From Octopus vulgaris (Eukaryota), in assembly GCA_951406725.2 (NCBI GenBank), contig OX597815.1, forward strand, positions 131,006,001-131,070,000: a stretch of DNA of 64,000 nucleotides, read 5' to 3'. The translations under genes were made by a program, and so were the position numbers. Each line of letters begins with the position of its first letter. Position 1 is the first letter of the stretch. Of the stretch, positions 25,470 to 38,609 are shown piece after piece. The notes below the pieces were generated by a model. The model saw nothing but the letters and a program-made list of their open reading frames with translations, searched no databases and was not told the origin of the DNA.

Positions 25470-26005
25470 AGGAACAGCAAGATTCAAAACGATGACTCGA
25501 ATATTTATTGTTAATAAGTTTCAGCAGGTTCGAACGTTAGTATGCTAATCGTTGCTGTGTTCGTCGGAAGAGAACAGCTTCTCCTTTACAACGAATATGT
25601 CATCAAAACCCGTTCATTTCATGAATAAAAGGGATTCTGGGACTCTGAGGCTTCAACATTATGTGTCTTGCCAGCCAGAAGCACCGTCGGCCCAATGAAT
25701 ATAAGAGTCGACAGTCTTGTTCATAATTCAGGCAAACAATCTATTCGCTGATCCGTGCTGATATCTGCTAACCAATAATAAATCATCATATTTTTGGTGA
25801 ATAGCGAGATTCAAAATGATAACTTGCATATTTATTCTTGATACGTTTCACCAGATTCAAACGTAGATATAGTAATCACTGTTGTGTTCGTCGCTGGACA
25901 AAAGCTTCTCCTTTACGACGAATATATTTTCGTAACACATTCGATTCATTAATACAAGGGAATTCTAGGACACCAGTGTTTCGATATGTGTCTCGTCAAA
26001 TTGAA
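25470..26005 (-). pseudogene. Unidentified decayed ORF with 327-bp (109-codon) internal repeat
   Basis: Two copies translate IFVVKEKLLSSDEHNSD / IFVVKEKLFSSDEHSND and QVIILNLAI / RVIVLNLAV; many differences at synonymous positions; several stops. Confidence 0.5.
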
Positions 26006-26924
26006 AAGTAAATATGAAATAAAATCATTGCTTGCAGATTATCTAAATATTCCCATAAATGTCTCCAAAGGTTTTTAAGCCAATACTTAATCAAAATTTC
26101 CTATAACAATCGGAACATCAAGAGGATATAAATTAGAGCTAATTATTTTAATTATTTATGTTAGAGAGTTTGGTACTAAATTTAATAGAATCGTAGATGC
26201 ATTCTAAAATGGGAAACGACGTTTTTCTTTTCTCATCATTTTCTTGATGAAACTAATGAAGTTCTACCTAGTTTTTGACAAATTTTAATCAACATAGTGA
26301 AACATGTTAATGATCTGCAATCAATTACATTTAAAATCAAATCACTGTTCTGTATTCCTGTTTCGTCAGTGTCTTTGTTTGCAGCAATTTTTTTTTCTCT
26401 TTTAAAGTTTCTGAATTCATATTCGACATTTTCAGATGTACACAGTTTCAATTTCCAAGAACTGAATAAACTTGGGGTCTGTGTCATTTCTTATATACTT
26501 GTTGAATTCATATAGGTTCCCCTGCCAAAGGTTTTATTTGCATCAGCAGTCGTGTGTTGATTTGTTTGTTGCAGGCAAATTTGCTACTATTAGGTTTTCA
26601 AGCCAGTAATCACGTGTCAGTTTTTTCATGTGTGTTGTTTGCATGCTGGGATATGAATATGGCTTCTATGTTTAATCTTCTATTCGTGCGAGGAATCTTA
26701 AAGAGTGTCTATTAAACTTTGTTGAGCTTACCAGAGGGTCAGGTGGGATGCATTTTGTATTCTGCCTTTTTTATATTTTTGAGATTTTTGATTCTGCATT
26801 CGTCAGTTTGATACTTTTTATGCATTTGATTCATAACACGCCAACATCACACAGACAAAAGAAAAACACACATTCCTGCACACGATCACATGACACGCAC
26901 AAACGCTTATACACGAAGACTTAT

Positions 26925-27298
26925 GTGACGAGCTTTCGTACTGTTTTCATTTATCAAATTCCAGTCAAAGAACATTGTTCAACCTAAGGTCAAGGCATAA
27001 GACACTCGCCCTAACTGACATATTGTGAGGACCGGAACTAGAGCTTTTTAACATGTTAGCATGCTGGGCCCATGCTGGCAGAAACGTTAGCACGCCGGGC
27101 GAAATGCGTAGCCGTATTTCGTCTGCCGTTACGTTCTGGGTTCAAATTCCGCCGAGATCCACTTTGCCTTTCATCCTTTCGGGGTCGATAAATTAAGTAC
27201 CATTTACGCACTGGGGTCGATGTAATCGACTTAATACCTATGTCTGTCCTTGTTTGTCCCTTCTGTGTTTAACCTCTTGTGGGCAGTAAAGAAATAGC
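26925..27298. mobile_element. Decayed SINE A (-) adjoined by SINE C (+, 27073-27298)
   Basis: Homology to other copies in the window. Confidence 0.8.
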
Positions 27299-27749
27299 TA
27301 ACATACAAGGTATTGCATCATAATTATGGTTTACAATTCTACTTCGAGCTCATAATTTGGATGCCATATGGTTCATAGCATATACAGTTTATACATTTGC
27401 TGGCACACTTACATTGATCGCCATAGAAAAATCTTTTAGGCTTCGAGGTTTTTTTTCCATAAAGAGAGGGTACCATTGACATAATACGTTTCTTAACGAT
27501 TTATCCATTATGTATTCGACGATAATTTACTACTACAGCAAAAGAATAAATTCTCCTTAAAATGACTCCTTTTCGTATATCTGTTGTTGGTTTTATGGCT
27601 GGAAGAAATGTATTTGGTTTCTTTCTCATCACTTTCAAGAAAAGAACCTTCATGTTGTCAACTTCTCTATTAATGTCTCTCTGGATTACACGTCGTCATC
27701 ACGTTCTTTACATCATGTAATAAGAATAGCTACCTGAGACTAAGGTAAT

Positions 27750-28480
27750 TTCCAGTGACAGCGGCAGTAATTTTCTTTTTACATGATTTATGGATAGTTG
27801 GTAACCTCCTGTGGTTGTCACAGTCTTATAATATTATTATATTTTGATTAAGACAGATATTGTTGCCTTTTGCATTCCCCGTTCGTATTCGATCAGCTAT
27901 CTTATCTTCCGAGTTTTAAGTATATAAGTAATCACTTCGAACTCATTCTATGTCATGCCTGTATATATTGTTTTACGATATTTCATTTGTTTTTAGCTTT
28001 AAAATATACCTGCCTTGAAATCTTCACTAGAACACCTTTCAGATCATTGTTGGTACTGTCTCTATATGAATACGCAGTTGGTTATTCATTTAATCTCTGT
28101 TCGGAAATTATTCCGTGACGGCTGCTATTAGTTAAGATATTTGCCTGCTACTTGTCTGCATTGCGATTCTGATTTTTTAAAGAAGTTATTTTCACTATTC
28201 TTTTGCCAGTAATTCTTATTAGAGAAGTCATGCACGTCACATCTCGAAATTGTTCTTCTCTAAGACATGAAGACTTATACATGTTTTCAGAATTAGCCAT
28301 TATTGGATAAGGTGTTCGTGTTTCTACACTTAGAAAAGAAAAAAAAGTTATTGAACGTTGACAAAAATAGTAGTTGGACCAAGATTGTGAGCAGAGCAGT
28401 TAATGTATAGGATTTTGCAGCTAATAAAACAGGACGTATATTAATGGATCTGCATGAGACTTTCAAAGCGCTCATTCTCT
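27750..28480 (-). mobile_element. Possible decayed Penelope GIY-YIG region
   Basis: Minus-strand IYTGMT*NEF resembles the YIG-T-x-F motif; heavily degenerate. Confidence 0.35.
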
Positions 28481-28741
28481 CTATATAAATCTGTAGACGT
28501 TTATATTTACATGAGTGGTAGAAAATATTGAATTTGAAAAGAATAAACGAACTTAACTTGAAAATAATTCTTATATGTTGTATTTAGAGCTATTGAAGAA
28601 TGGCTCACTCCAATGTCCCCCTCTAAACTGTGCGCTTGTGTGCGCGCACACGTTTGACAAGAAGCTCACAAAGGAGAAAAGTGTGCGCATGTGGTGTATG
28701 GCTACTAACCCCAAGATTCTGAGTTCGATTCCAGGCTGTGA

Positions 28742-28792
<51 letters not shown>

Positions 28793-28829
28793 TGATGATA
28801 CAATTTTCAAAATAAAATCAAATTTTTAA

Positions 28830-29330
28830 AAAATTGAAGATGGTTGCCCGCGTAGATGTACACTTTCATTGTGATGAAAGTCAAATTTTGCAAACAAGCA
28901 GATTTCCATGAACACTCATAGCAAAAAATTAGAAGGAACATTGCCCTATTCTGTTTACTGTCAGTGGGCTTTAATCCAGTCTTTGAAGCTCTATCGGTAC
29001 TCACTGTAATAGTACAATCCGACAGGAAGCCATGGTGCAGAAGATGAAAAGCAAAAAGAGCCTTTAGGCAAACAGTTTTGACAGGAGATTCATGTGCCAG
29101 ATACGGTCAAAGTATTGTTCAAGTCGAGGGCCATAACATTGCCTTCGCTCAATTTCTCGTTTGTGAAGGACCACTGGTGACACAAGAAAGGTTTTTTCAC
29201 AACTGCAAGCAACATGAGTTAAATCTTTGAATCATTGCCCCTGAGTTGTGAGTGTTATTCCCACCAGAGTTATGTATGGTGGAAGCACATTTAACATCAG
29301 TCAACTGAGATAACCACCACCTGATGGTTG
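28830..29330 (-). mobile_element. Decayed LINE RT remnant
   Basis: Frameshifted motifs resembling VALD...FDRIWH..LLSKL and FLSD.TITV. Confidence 0.6.
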
Positions 29331-29389
29331 CATTTGATTTGGAAAATCATTTTATTAACTAGTAACTTCTATATGATAAATAGTAAGTC

Positions 29390-29446
29390 ACAAACATACA
29401 CACACAAGCACACGTATATACACATGCATGCACACGTACACACAAA

Positions 29447-29487
<41 letters not shown>

Positions 29488-29740
29488 GTATATACATATA
29501 TATATGTGTGTGTATGTTTGTGTGCATGCATGTGCGTATGGATGCATATATGTATCTATGTATCTATGTATGCGCGTATGCATATATGTACATACGTATG
29601 TATGTATGTACGTATATATGCACGTATGTATGTATATATGTATATATGTACATACGTATGTATGTGTGTACGTATGTATGTACGTATGTATGCATATATG
29701 TACATACGTATGCATGTATGTACATATGTATGCACGTATG

Positions 29741-29772
<32 letters not shown>

Positions 29773-29781
29773 TGTATGTAT
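29390..29781. repeat. Degenerate (TATG)n/(TA)n array
   Basis: Direct inspection. Confidence 0.95.
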
Positions 29782-30293
29782 AAGATCAGTGTCAGACAAA
29801 TTTCATTAGTTTTTTAAAATTTGCACTAAGCAGTCAAATCAAGGAAAATGAAGTTTATTAAAAAATGATTGTACGGAAAAATATCCGTAGAAGATTTTTA
29901 TTAAAAATTACACCACGTTATTGGTAAATAAATGAATAATTTTTAATTTCATTTACAACAAAAAATGATTTATGTTCAATCAATCCAAAAACCATTTAAA
30001 ATTTAGTAGGATATTTTCAGACCAGGATGTATTAATTTACTGACAAAAACCCTCAAAAACATCAGAGAGAAAAGGAAAAGAAGCAGACATACTCCCCAAT
30101 CTCTCTCTTAAACACACACAAAGACATTCCAAAACCAGCATTTCGCCAATGGCACTAACAAGAAGAAATAAATAAAATGTTGCGGAAATTGGTATTAAAA
30201 TTTTATGAAGAATATAGCCAGAATAAATAGCTGCGAAGTAAAAGTAGTTCAGTGATTAAACTATAGAGTTTAATAATGTATTAATTTGCAATA

Positions 30294-30605
30294 ACCTCCA
30301 TCCACTACAAATGCACAGACTCACACTCATACCTCAACTTCTCCTCCTCCCATCCTAAACACACCAAGCTCTCCATCTCCTATTCCCAATTCCTCCGTCT
30401 GCGCAAGTTCTGCAGTAACAACTATGACTTTGAGACTCAGTCTCAACTCGTGGCTCACTACTTCATCTTACGTGGAGATCACCTCACCAGTATCCACACC
30501 GCCCTTGCCAGAGCACGTTCCGTGGACCGTGCATCTGCTCTCTCCCCTCGCACCCACCACGCCGTCAGCCGTCTCCCGTTTTCCCTTACCTACCACCCCT
30601 CCACC
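30294..30605 (+). mobile_element. Penelope-like RT C-terminal fragment
   Basis: TSIHYKCTDSHSYLNFSSSHPKHTKLSISYSQFLRLRKFCS...LPFSLTYHP. Confidence 0.88.
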
Positions 30606-31491
30606 CGGTTAGGTCCGGTCAGTGCGTTGTGTTCTCAAGCAACATCATTTCTCATTGTTCCAATTTACTTAGCTATAATTGAGCAGCCCTGCGATAGACT
30701 GACATTCTGTTCAGGGACAATGTTGTAATCTCTGTCACTTGTATGTCATGGAAATTGGATAACAGGTCTTACGAGATCTGGGACTCGATACAGCCCTTTA
30801 CCTGACTCCTGAGGAGTGGCAGCTCGTGTAGAAGCACTGCGGAAATGCAGCACCCCCTATTTCAACTCGATAACATTCAATATAATGAATACTACACATA
30901 CATACATACATACATACATACATACACACACACTCGCGCGCACACACACATATGTATACCATACATACCAATAAGCGCGTATAATATGTAGAAATGTTCA
31001 CACGTATAAAAGACGGAGAGAGAGGAATGACGATGAAGGGAGGAAGAGAAAGGAAAATCGACTTGATAGATATAACACCAAACTGTTTGAGAAGCTGATG
31101 CATCATTTGATAGTTTTATGATATGATGATCGAATCCTTTTCCCCCGAGAATGGAATTATGATGTCGAAAAACAACAAAAACAAACAAATTAGATTGAAC
31201 ATTTCAACATGATTGCAAGAATATTAATTTCCTAATTAGAAATCAAATAACTTATCATTATTATCAAATACTAGCTGCTAGCCTAAGGAGACGATGCAAA
31301 CTTCATATGTATGTATGTGTGAATGTGTGTATGTATCTGTGTATGTATGTATGTATGTATGTATGTATGTATGCATGTATGTATGTATGTATGTATGTTT
31401 GTACACATACATACATGCATGCATGCATGTATGTATGTGTACACATACACGCATATTTCACACAAATATTCATATGCATGTACTATTCTCG

Positions 31492-31558
<67 letters not shown>

Positions 31559-32014
31559 TATTATATTAATGGCATTACTACACATAAATGCCTCACTCTA
31601 TAAGGGACTCTTAAAGTGAAAACTACCTTAATAAATATACATTGTACCGACGCTAACTGCTTGATAAATTCTTATATATATTTTATCCTTATGTTTAATT
31701 ATATGTATATATATATATATGACCAGCCTATGTAGTCACTAGCAGATATAGACGAGTCCTCATGCCCCTCACCCTGACTCAGTTGAATACTCAGGATATG
31801 ACAGGTGGAGCGAAAAAGAGATTTGGTTTCTAATCAAATCAATGTACATAATTCAACAGATTATGTAATGTATCTTGTCCAATGTTCCTATATAACTTAT
31901 ACCTTACAGCTGTTTCGAACATGATATTTCAAAGTTAAATTTAAGAAATTCTTATTGGTTCGGTTAATCATATCATATTTTTTCCTAATTAATATATTAT
32001 TCCTGGAAGAAGGA

Positions 32015-32285
32015 GTGTAGCCTCGTGGTTAGGGTACTGGACTGGCGATCATTAGTCTTGTGTTTAGGTGTTGGGCAGGTGATCGATTCTTGGATCGAAT
32101 GGTATCTCGTGTTCTTGGATGCACTTGATTTCATACTGATCTAGTTCACACAGTTAAAAATGTGTATTACTTGCCTCTTAGGGGTTAACCATCTGATGAA
32201 GTATGTCGCATTCGGTGGGGATGGAATCTTGTACTGTCAATCTAAGCACCTTGAAAATCCGGCTAAACGTCACCCCTCAGAAGTC
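32015..32285 (+). mobile_element. Old SINE family B copy
   Basis: GGAGTGTAGCCTCGTGGTTAGGG head and GTGTTCTTGG central motif. Confidence 0.6.
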
Positions 32286-32973
32286 TATAGACTCGAGGCA
32301 GACAATATAATTATTAAACATTATAGTAAATATATATGTTAAAGGAATTAGTGTGATTTGATCCTCGAATATGATCCTCACTTTATTTTATCAACTAAAT
32401 GAGTATGTTAAAGTTGACTGTTGCAAAATTTGAAGATATAAATAAAGTTTATCTGTACTCAAAGAAAGATTTAGATAATGTGATTTAGGTTGTGCAAAGA
32501 TGGTTATAAATAACGCACCTCTTTTTGTCCCGCTAATCCTTTTCTTCAAGCCAATTCCGTTTTTCCAAGCTAGCCTTTTCCATTGGAATAATTTATATCT
32601 GGTTTCCGCAACATTCATCAACTACGGGAAAATGTGTGATAAAGTTTCTTGTGATGAAGTAACACCTTACTCAATAGAACGTGGCTATTTATCACATAAC
32701 TTTATCAGAAAAAAATCATAGGAATCTATTAAGCCTATATCTAAACTGAAACAATAAAAGATTGAAATGAATTATAGGGATTTCGATGCAAAAGGGTTAG
32801 GAAACATTTCAATAGGGCACAGCCATGGTTGTGTGGTTTAGAAATTCAATTCGAAATTACTTGGTTTCAGTTTCGATTCTGCTTCAACAGTACCTTAATC
32901 AATGCTTTCTACCATAATCTCAGGCTGGCCAATATTTGTGAGCAAAATTTGATAAACAGAAACTGTGTGTTTA

Positions 32974-33033
<60 letters not shown>

Positions 33034-33092
33034 TGTATGTATACATACACACATATAAATAGATAGGTAGATAGATACATACATAAATACAT

Positions 33093-33995
33093 GTATGCAT
33101 TCTCTATCTTAGTTCGTGTACAGTTATCTGCATAAAACAAAGTAACCATCGCATAGACATACATACATACATACATACATACATACATACATACATACAT
33201 ACATACATACATACATACATACATACATACGTACATACATACATACATACATACATAACTAAATTCTAATAAAGGAGTCTTGGATCTAGGTTAGAAACCG
33301 GTTCTTTCTCTATTGGCAAGAAATCCTGAAATAAACTGAATAATGACATACATACACAATTATATTCCCTCCTAGTTCTTCACATTTCACTGGATTTTTT
33401 CCCTCATTGACTATTTCTTTTTCTCCCCACCTCACTGTTTCTTTCTTTCTGCCTTTCTTCTAATGTATAAGGACTAACGTTCGAAACATTAAGACACTTT
33501 CTCTTTCCAATGAAACGTTAAGCAAATAAATTTGTTGTGAAACTATCCCTGCTGTGTTGTCATTTTATTGTTTGTCTTTCTCTCTCTCTCTCTTTCTCAC
33601 ACACACGCACACACTTGGACGGGAAAAAGGTGTTTTATGAGGGATAATCGCAATTCCTTGATAACAGATTTATACTTGGCGTCATCTGACTTTGGCTTCT
33701 TAATAATTTACGAAACAAAGATGTTTCGTCAAGTAACTTGGTGGGCGTTGTAGGCATGCAGAATACATTTCGTTTGAAATTATAGTTTTTTAAGAGAATT
33801 TACTATGATTTATCTTAGGAATTTGGAAACGTACAGAAGTGGTAAGCATGTAAATAAAATCATTTGGACTTTTCAGCTGAGATAAGTAATATATCTGTAG
33901 TAACGAAAATTTATCTTATGACCAGTGAATTTCATTTTATGGTCGCTTTGTTTTATGCTGATAATTGTACACGAAATAAGATAGAGAATACATAC
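33093..33995. mobile_element. MITE-like element defined by ~55-bp TIRs, with nested repeats
   Basis: 33095-33149 is the reverse complement of 33939-33994. Confidence 0.55.
33259..33355 (+). mobile_element. ~100-bp element in (CATA)n, probable LINE 3' UTR
   Basis: Second copy on - strand at 34056-34165, also in (TATG)n. Confidence 0.6.
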
Positions 33996-34021
33996 ATACA
34001 TAGATGCAGGCATACATACGC

Positions 34022-34052
<31 letters not shown>

Positions 34053-34184
34053 TGTATGTCATTGTTCAGTTTTATTTAAAGATTTCTTGCCAATTGAGAA
34101 AGAACTGGTTTCTAACCTAGATTTAAGGCTCCTTCATTGGAATTTCAAAATTCAGGGTATTTTTGTATGTACGTATGTATCTCT

Positions 34185-34228
<44 letters not shown>

Positions 34229-34340
34229 GTCACTAAAATGACTAAGGGTGCAAGTCAGCACCAGCGTTGTTAGAAATAAGAGCTAAAACAACACTTAGCC
34301 ACGGGCAGAGCTCTATCTGTTTACTGACAAGGGAGACAAC

Positions 34341-34397
<57 letters not shown>

Positions 34398-34402
<5 letters not shown>

Positions 34403-35073
34403 AAAATAGTAAAGTGTGAAAAAACGACAGAAGGCTTAAATGTTAAAAAATATATATATTTGTGTCAAAATGTCTGGAGAATATTGTTGGGTGTAACACC
34501 CAACATTTTTTAGCCAGGGACCAGGGACACCAGGATACAGGCTGGAACCTAGTAATAAGGAAAAACCGAAGATAATCAATCTTTCAACCAAACCTCTTTC
34601 TAACATAAAAATTGACATCCTCGCAAAAGGGCTCAAATTTACACCAACTCAACGCAGAGCAAACCTAAATGAACTCAAGGATAATATAACAGAATTTTGC
34701 AGAAAATTAAGACTAGCAGAAGCATCAAACAGTTTCAATACTGAAGATGAATCACTAGTCAAGAACAAAAGTGAACACATCCCACACAGAGGAAGAAATA
34801 AAGATCTTGACGAATTCTGTAACCACATTGAGAACTTCCCCTACCATACTATACATACACAGAAAGCTAACCCAAATTTTAACACTACACAATGGAAAGA
34901 ACTGATAGAACTCCAAAATATTTCTTTAAAAATTTTAAAATTATGTCATTTTAAGGAAAGGGAAAAAAAAAATTTTTTTTTCCAATATTCTCCAGACATT
35001 TTGACACAAATATATATATTTTTTAACATTTAAGCCTTCTGTCGTTTTTTCACACTTTACTATTTTCTTATAT
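34398..35073 (+). mobile_element. Penelope-like ORF N-terminal fragment bracketed by ~90-bp inverted repeats
   Basis: Open frame ~34510-34960: KIINLSTKPLSNIKIDILAKGLKFTP...DNITEFCRKLRLAE; 34398-34486 is the reverse complement of 34983-35073; inside (TA)n. Confidence 0.85.
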
Positions 35074-35108
35074 ATTCACCCACGTGCTTTACCAAACAAA
35101 CTTTCTTA

Positions 35109-35180
<72 letters not shown>

Positions 35181-35182
<2 letters not shown>

Positions 35183-35480
35183 AAATAGGACAAGAACGCA
35201 AAACATCTGGGCATCCGTTCATTCCACATGTGCCTGCTTAATTCAATTCGTCCTTAGTCGAAAGACACCTGTTGTTATGTCCTGTTATTATTTCTATTGG
35301 CCTGATTGGAGCAATCTCAAGAATAATCAGCCGAAATTGCGAGGATGATCTGGTACTTGTCTGAAGAAAGAAAACTTCGAATGACCCGTCCTTGTTTTCT
35401 TTGTATCATCTATCTGGATGTTCTGTTGTCCCTTTTTGTATCACCTAGCTGTCCGCATGTTTTGCGTTATTGTCCCATTT

Positions 35481-35482
<2 letters not shown>
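35181..35482. mobile_element. Short inverted-ended element in (TA)n, probably Penelope-derived
   Basis: CAAAATAGGACAAGAACGCAAAACAT / ATGTTTTGCGTTATTGTCCCATTTTG ends. Confidence 0.55.
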
Positions 35483-35544
<62 letters not shown>

Positions 35545-35684
35545 TATATATAATGGCGTACGTACACTTTGTTCTCTTATATGTAAGTATATATATATAT
35601 ATATATCAGAAGAAGAAGAAGAAGAAAAAGAAAATGGAGATTGGGAAGTTAATAATTGTTTATTATAAACAGCAAATTAATCAT

Positions 35685-35756
35685 CCCTTACAGCTGTTTC
35701 AATTAATACTCAGTAAATATTGAATTTATATGACCTGAGCATAATATCTTCAAAAG
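35685..35756 (-). ncRNA. Degenerate type I hammerhead motif, long stem II
   Basis: TTGAAGA TATTATGCTCAG...CTGAGTATTAATT GAAAC AGCT GTA AGGG. Confidence 0.6.
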
Positions 35757-36127
35757 AAAGAAGGATATACCCTTGGATGTTTTATGTGTTTATGAATTCA
35801 TTATAGCAGACTGAATGATACAGTTTATGATTTGTATTACATGTTTGCGCGAGGGTTTGCCAGTTGATTGGAGATAACTCAGAGTAGGTAAATAATTAGA
35901 ACAATAAATGAATAAATTAAATAGAGATGATAGAGAAAATTTAAATAGAAATAAGCTAAGTTTATAGTTAATATAAGAATGGAATAAAGTTGGCGTAGAA
36001 GGCAATAAGCATATTTCATTCCTTTGCGACTACCTCTGAAGATCGCAGGGTTACATAATTGGACTGTTATTAAACAAATCGTTGAACTCTTAGTGTGAAA
36101 TCGATATGGATATATATATATATCTTA

Positions 36128-36282
36128 AATCAATAATAAGGAAAACATATTTTTGTATCCAGAATAATTCTGCTGTCAATCACGTCTTTCCATTTCTGTA
36201 TCATGGTGCAGAAATGGAAACACGTGATTGACAGCAGAATAAAACTGGATATATAAATCTCTGTTCTCTTTATTATTAATTC
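36128..36282. repeat. Imperfect palindrome centred near 36203
   Basis: ATTCTGCTGTCAATCACGTCTTTCCATTTCTGTA / TGCAGAAATGGAAACACGTGATTGACAGCAGAAT. Confidence 0.85.
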
Positions 36283-36490
36283 ATTATTCCTTCTCTACTG
36301 CCAATATGTAGTCTCAATAGAAACACATGGATTTACTGATGTGAAGATCTACTGTGCATAGTAAAATAAACTAACTGGAGTTTTTTTTTTACACTCACAG
36401 AGGTTAGCCAGCGTTATTAACTGGTAAAAGTGAATACGGTACCTGCTAGGATTGTATATCCTTACCAACCTAATTTGAAAACTTACCAAT

Positions 36491-38040
36491 ATCATCATCA
36501 TCTTCATCATCGTTTAACGTCCGTTTTCCAAGCTAGCATGGGTTGGACGGTTTGATTGGGGTTTGGGAAACTAGGAGGCTGCACCAGGCTCCAGTCTGAT
36601 CTGACAGTGTTTCTACAGCTGGATGCCATTTCCTAATGTCACCCTCTCCGTAAGTGTAATGGGTGCTTTTTACTTGCCACCGGCACGGAAGCCAGGTGAG
36701 GCTGGCAGCGGCCACGATCGGTTGATGCTTTTTACGTGCTACCAGCACGGAAGCCAGTCAAAGCGGCGCTGGCATCGGCCACGTTCGGATGGTGCTTTTT
36801 ACGTGCTTTTTCTGCTTCGCCCTTGGCTATGTATACCTGCCGCACAACCTACCTTTTGGCTACCTGGTACAGTTGCCTGCTACCCTCACCCTTCCAGGCT
36901 TCACAGGCCTGTTTCTTTGCTCTAATGGCTTTGTCTACTGTACTGTTCCACCACCACGTAACTCTAGGTCTGGAAATGACTTTGCACCATCCACAGACTT
37001 GGTCTGTGGCACTTAGCAAGCTGTCCTGTAGGAATTTCCAGCTACCTTCTATGTCTGATGTCTGTAGTTTCTCCTCCCTCTCATCAAATTTCTTGAAGAG
37101 AATATCCCTAAATCTCTGACCATGTGAAGGGTTCTTTAGCTTCCAAATCCTTCTTTTTTGGATTGGTCTGCTTCTTGGTATCCTTCTGGCCTCGAGCCTA
37201 AAGTCACTAATGACTAGCTTATGCTGGTGGGGTACGTTCTTCACCCGAGAGGGTCTTTGTATTTAGGAGCAACCCTGTGTCCCGCTGTCTGGTGAAATCA
37301 ATCTGGCTAGCAGAGCCACCTGATTGATAGGTTATCAGGTGACCGTCTGGTTTCCTGAAGTTAGTGTTGCAGATTAAAAGGTTACATGTATCACAGAACT
37401 CCAGTAGCCTAGTTCCCTCATCGTTTCAGGAACCAATACCATGGCCCCGCTGTGTACACCAGTGAAGATACTGGATTGCCGCCCGGCATGCCCATTAAAA
37501 TCTCTAGCCGCAAAGATGAGGTCATTGCCCCTCGTCTTTGAAGTAGCCTGTAGAAGGGTATCATAATCAAAATGGTCTTTCTGATCATTTTAGTAGGCCC
37601 ATTTGTGGGGCACAGGCAGAGATAATTGTAGCTGTGCTGTTCTGCAGGACTAGCCTGAGGTTAAGCACTCTATCTCATACTCTGACCTCTATGACTTTAT
37701 CTACCCATTTCTCCGCAAGGAGTATGCCTTGCGGTGAAATAGGTAAATCCATGTTAACTCTATCCATATTACCTTACCAGAAGATTTTGTACCTATGTAC
37801 TTTGCCTGTGAGAACCCTAGTTGACGCTCCTCTCCATCTTACCTCTTGTATGCAGCATACATCGATACGTCTCCTTTCAAGCATCTCTACAATCTCACTA
37901 GACCTACCACTCAGTATGCCTACATTGATTGTGCCAACTCTGAAAGGGAAAGGAATGTGGGGTGAGGCTTGGGGAGGAGTGATGTTATTTAGTGCCTGAA
38001 AAGAAGAGGGAGGTTGTCGTGTTCGTTTTCTAAGCATGCT
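36491..38040 (-). mobile_element. RTE-clade LINE with RT domain deleted
   Basis: APE motifs RVGTINVGILSG...IDVCCIQEVRWRG, QHKLVISDF, WWWNSTV joined at ~36805 directly to the RTE 3' tail with (GAT)n. Confidence 0.9.
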
Positions 38041-38540
38041 TTATCGGTTCTCACTTCCGACCTGATATAATTCAAACATTGAAGCGTGTAAGGATTAAGA
38101 CTTGCATCTACTGGAGGTAGGATTAGGTATTAGCAGCATTGTGAGTATAAGCATTATGGTCATCGTAAGCGGGGATGATTTCAGACAGAGAGAGAGGAAG
38201 CAAGTTCATCCATACATACACACAAGCACACACGCGCACAGACACAGGGGAACAAGCACACACGTACAGACAATTAGCTGTCTTCTTCACTTGATATGTG
38301 CATGGAAAATTACTGGGTAGTTGTTGGAATATTTCTTGACAGGACGAAACGAAGGATTGTCGGTTAAGTAGATGGGCAGCTAACCTAGTTGTGTTTTTCG
38401 GGGAGAGAGTGGGGGTGCAGGTAGTATAGAGAACAGCACCAATGAGGAAGGGACATCTAGTAATGGTGGTGAAAGATCGCTAGACAGAACGAAAAATAGC
38501 TGGTAAGTAGGTGGGCAACTGAGATAGTTGCATATGTCCC

Positions 38541-38600
<60 letters not shown>

Positions 38601-38609
38601 TTTAGATAT

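Noticed and set aside
25470-26005. Protocadherin repeats (109-aa period)
   Set aside because: No LDRE, DxND or AxDxG cadherin motifs in the frames I translated.
28695-28745. tRNA gene
   Set aside because: Only anticodon- and T-arm-like sequence followed by (TAA)n; no acceptor stem or D arm. SINE heads elsewhere were rejected as tRNAs for the same reason.
35358-35392. Hammerhead at CTGAAGAAAGAAAACTTCGAAT
   Set aside because: Lacks GAAA and a convincing stem III or cleavage triplet.
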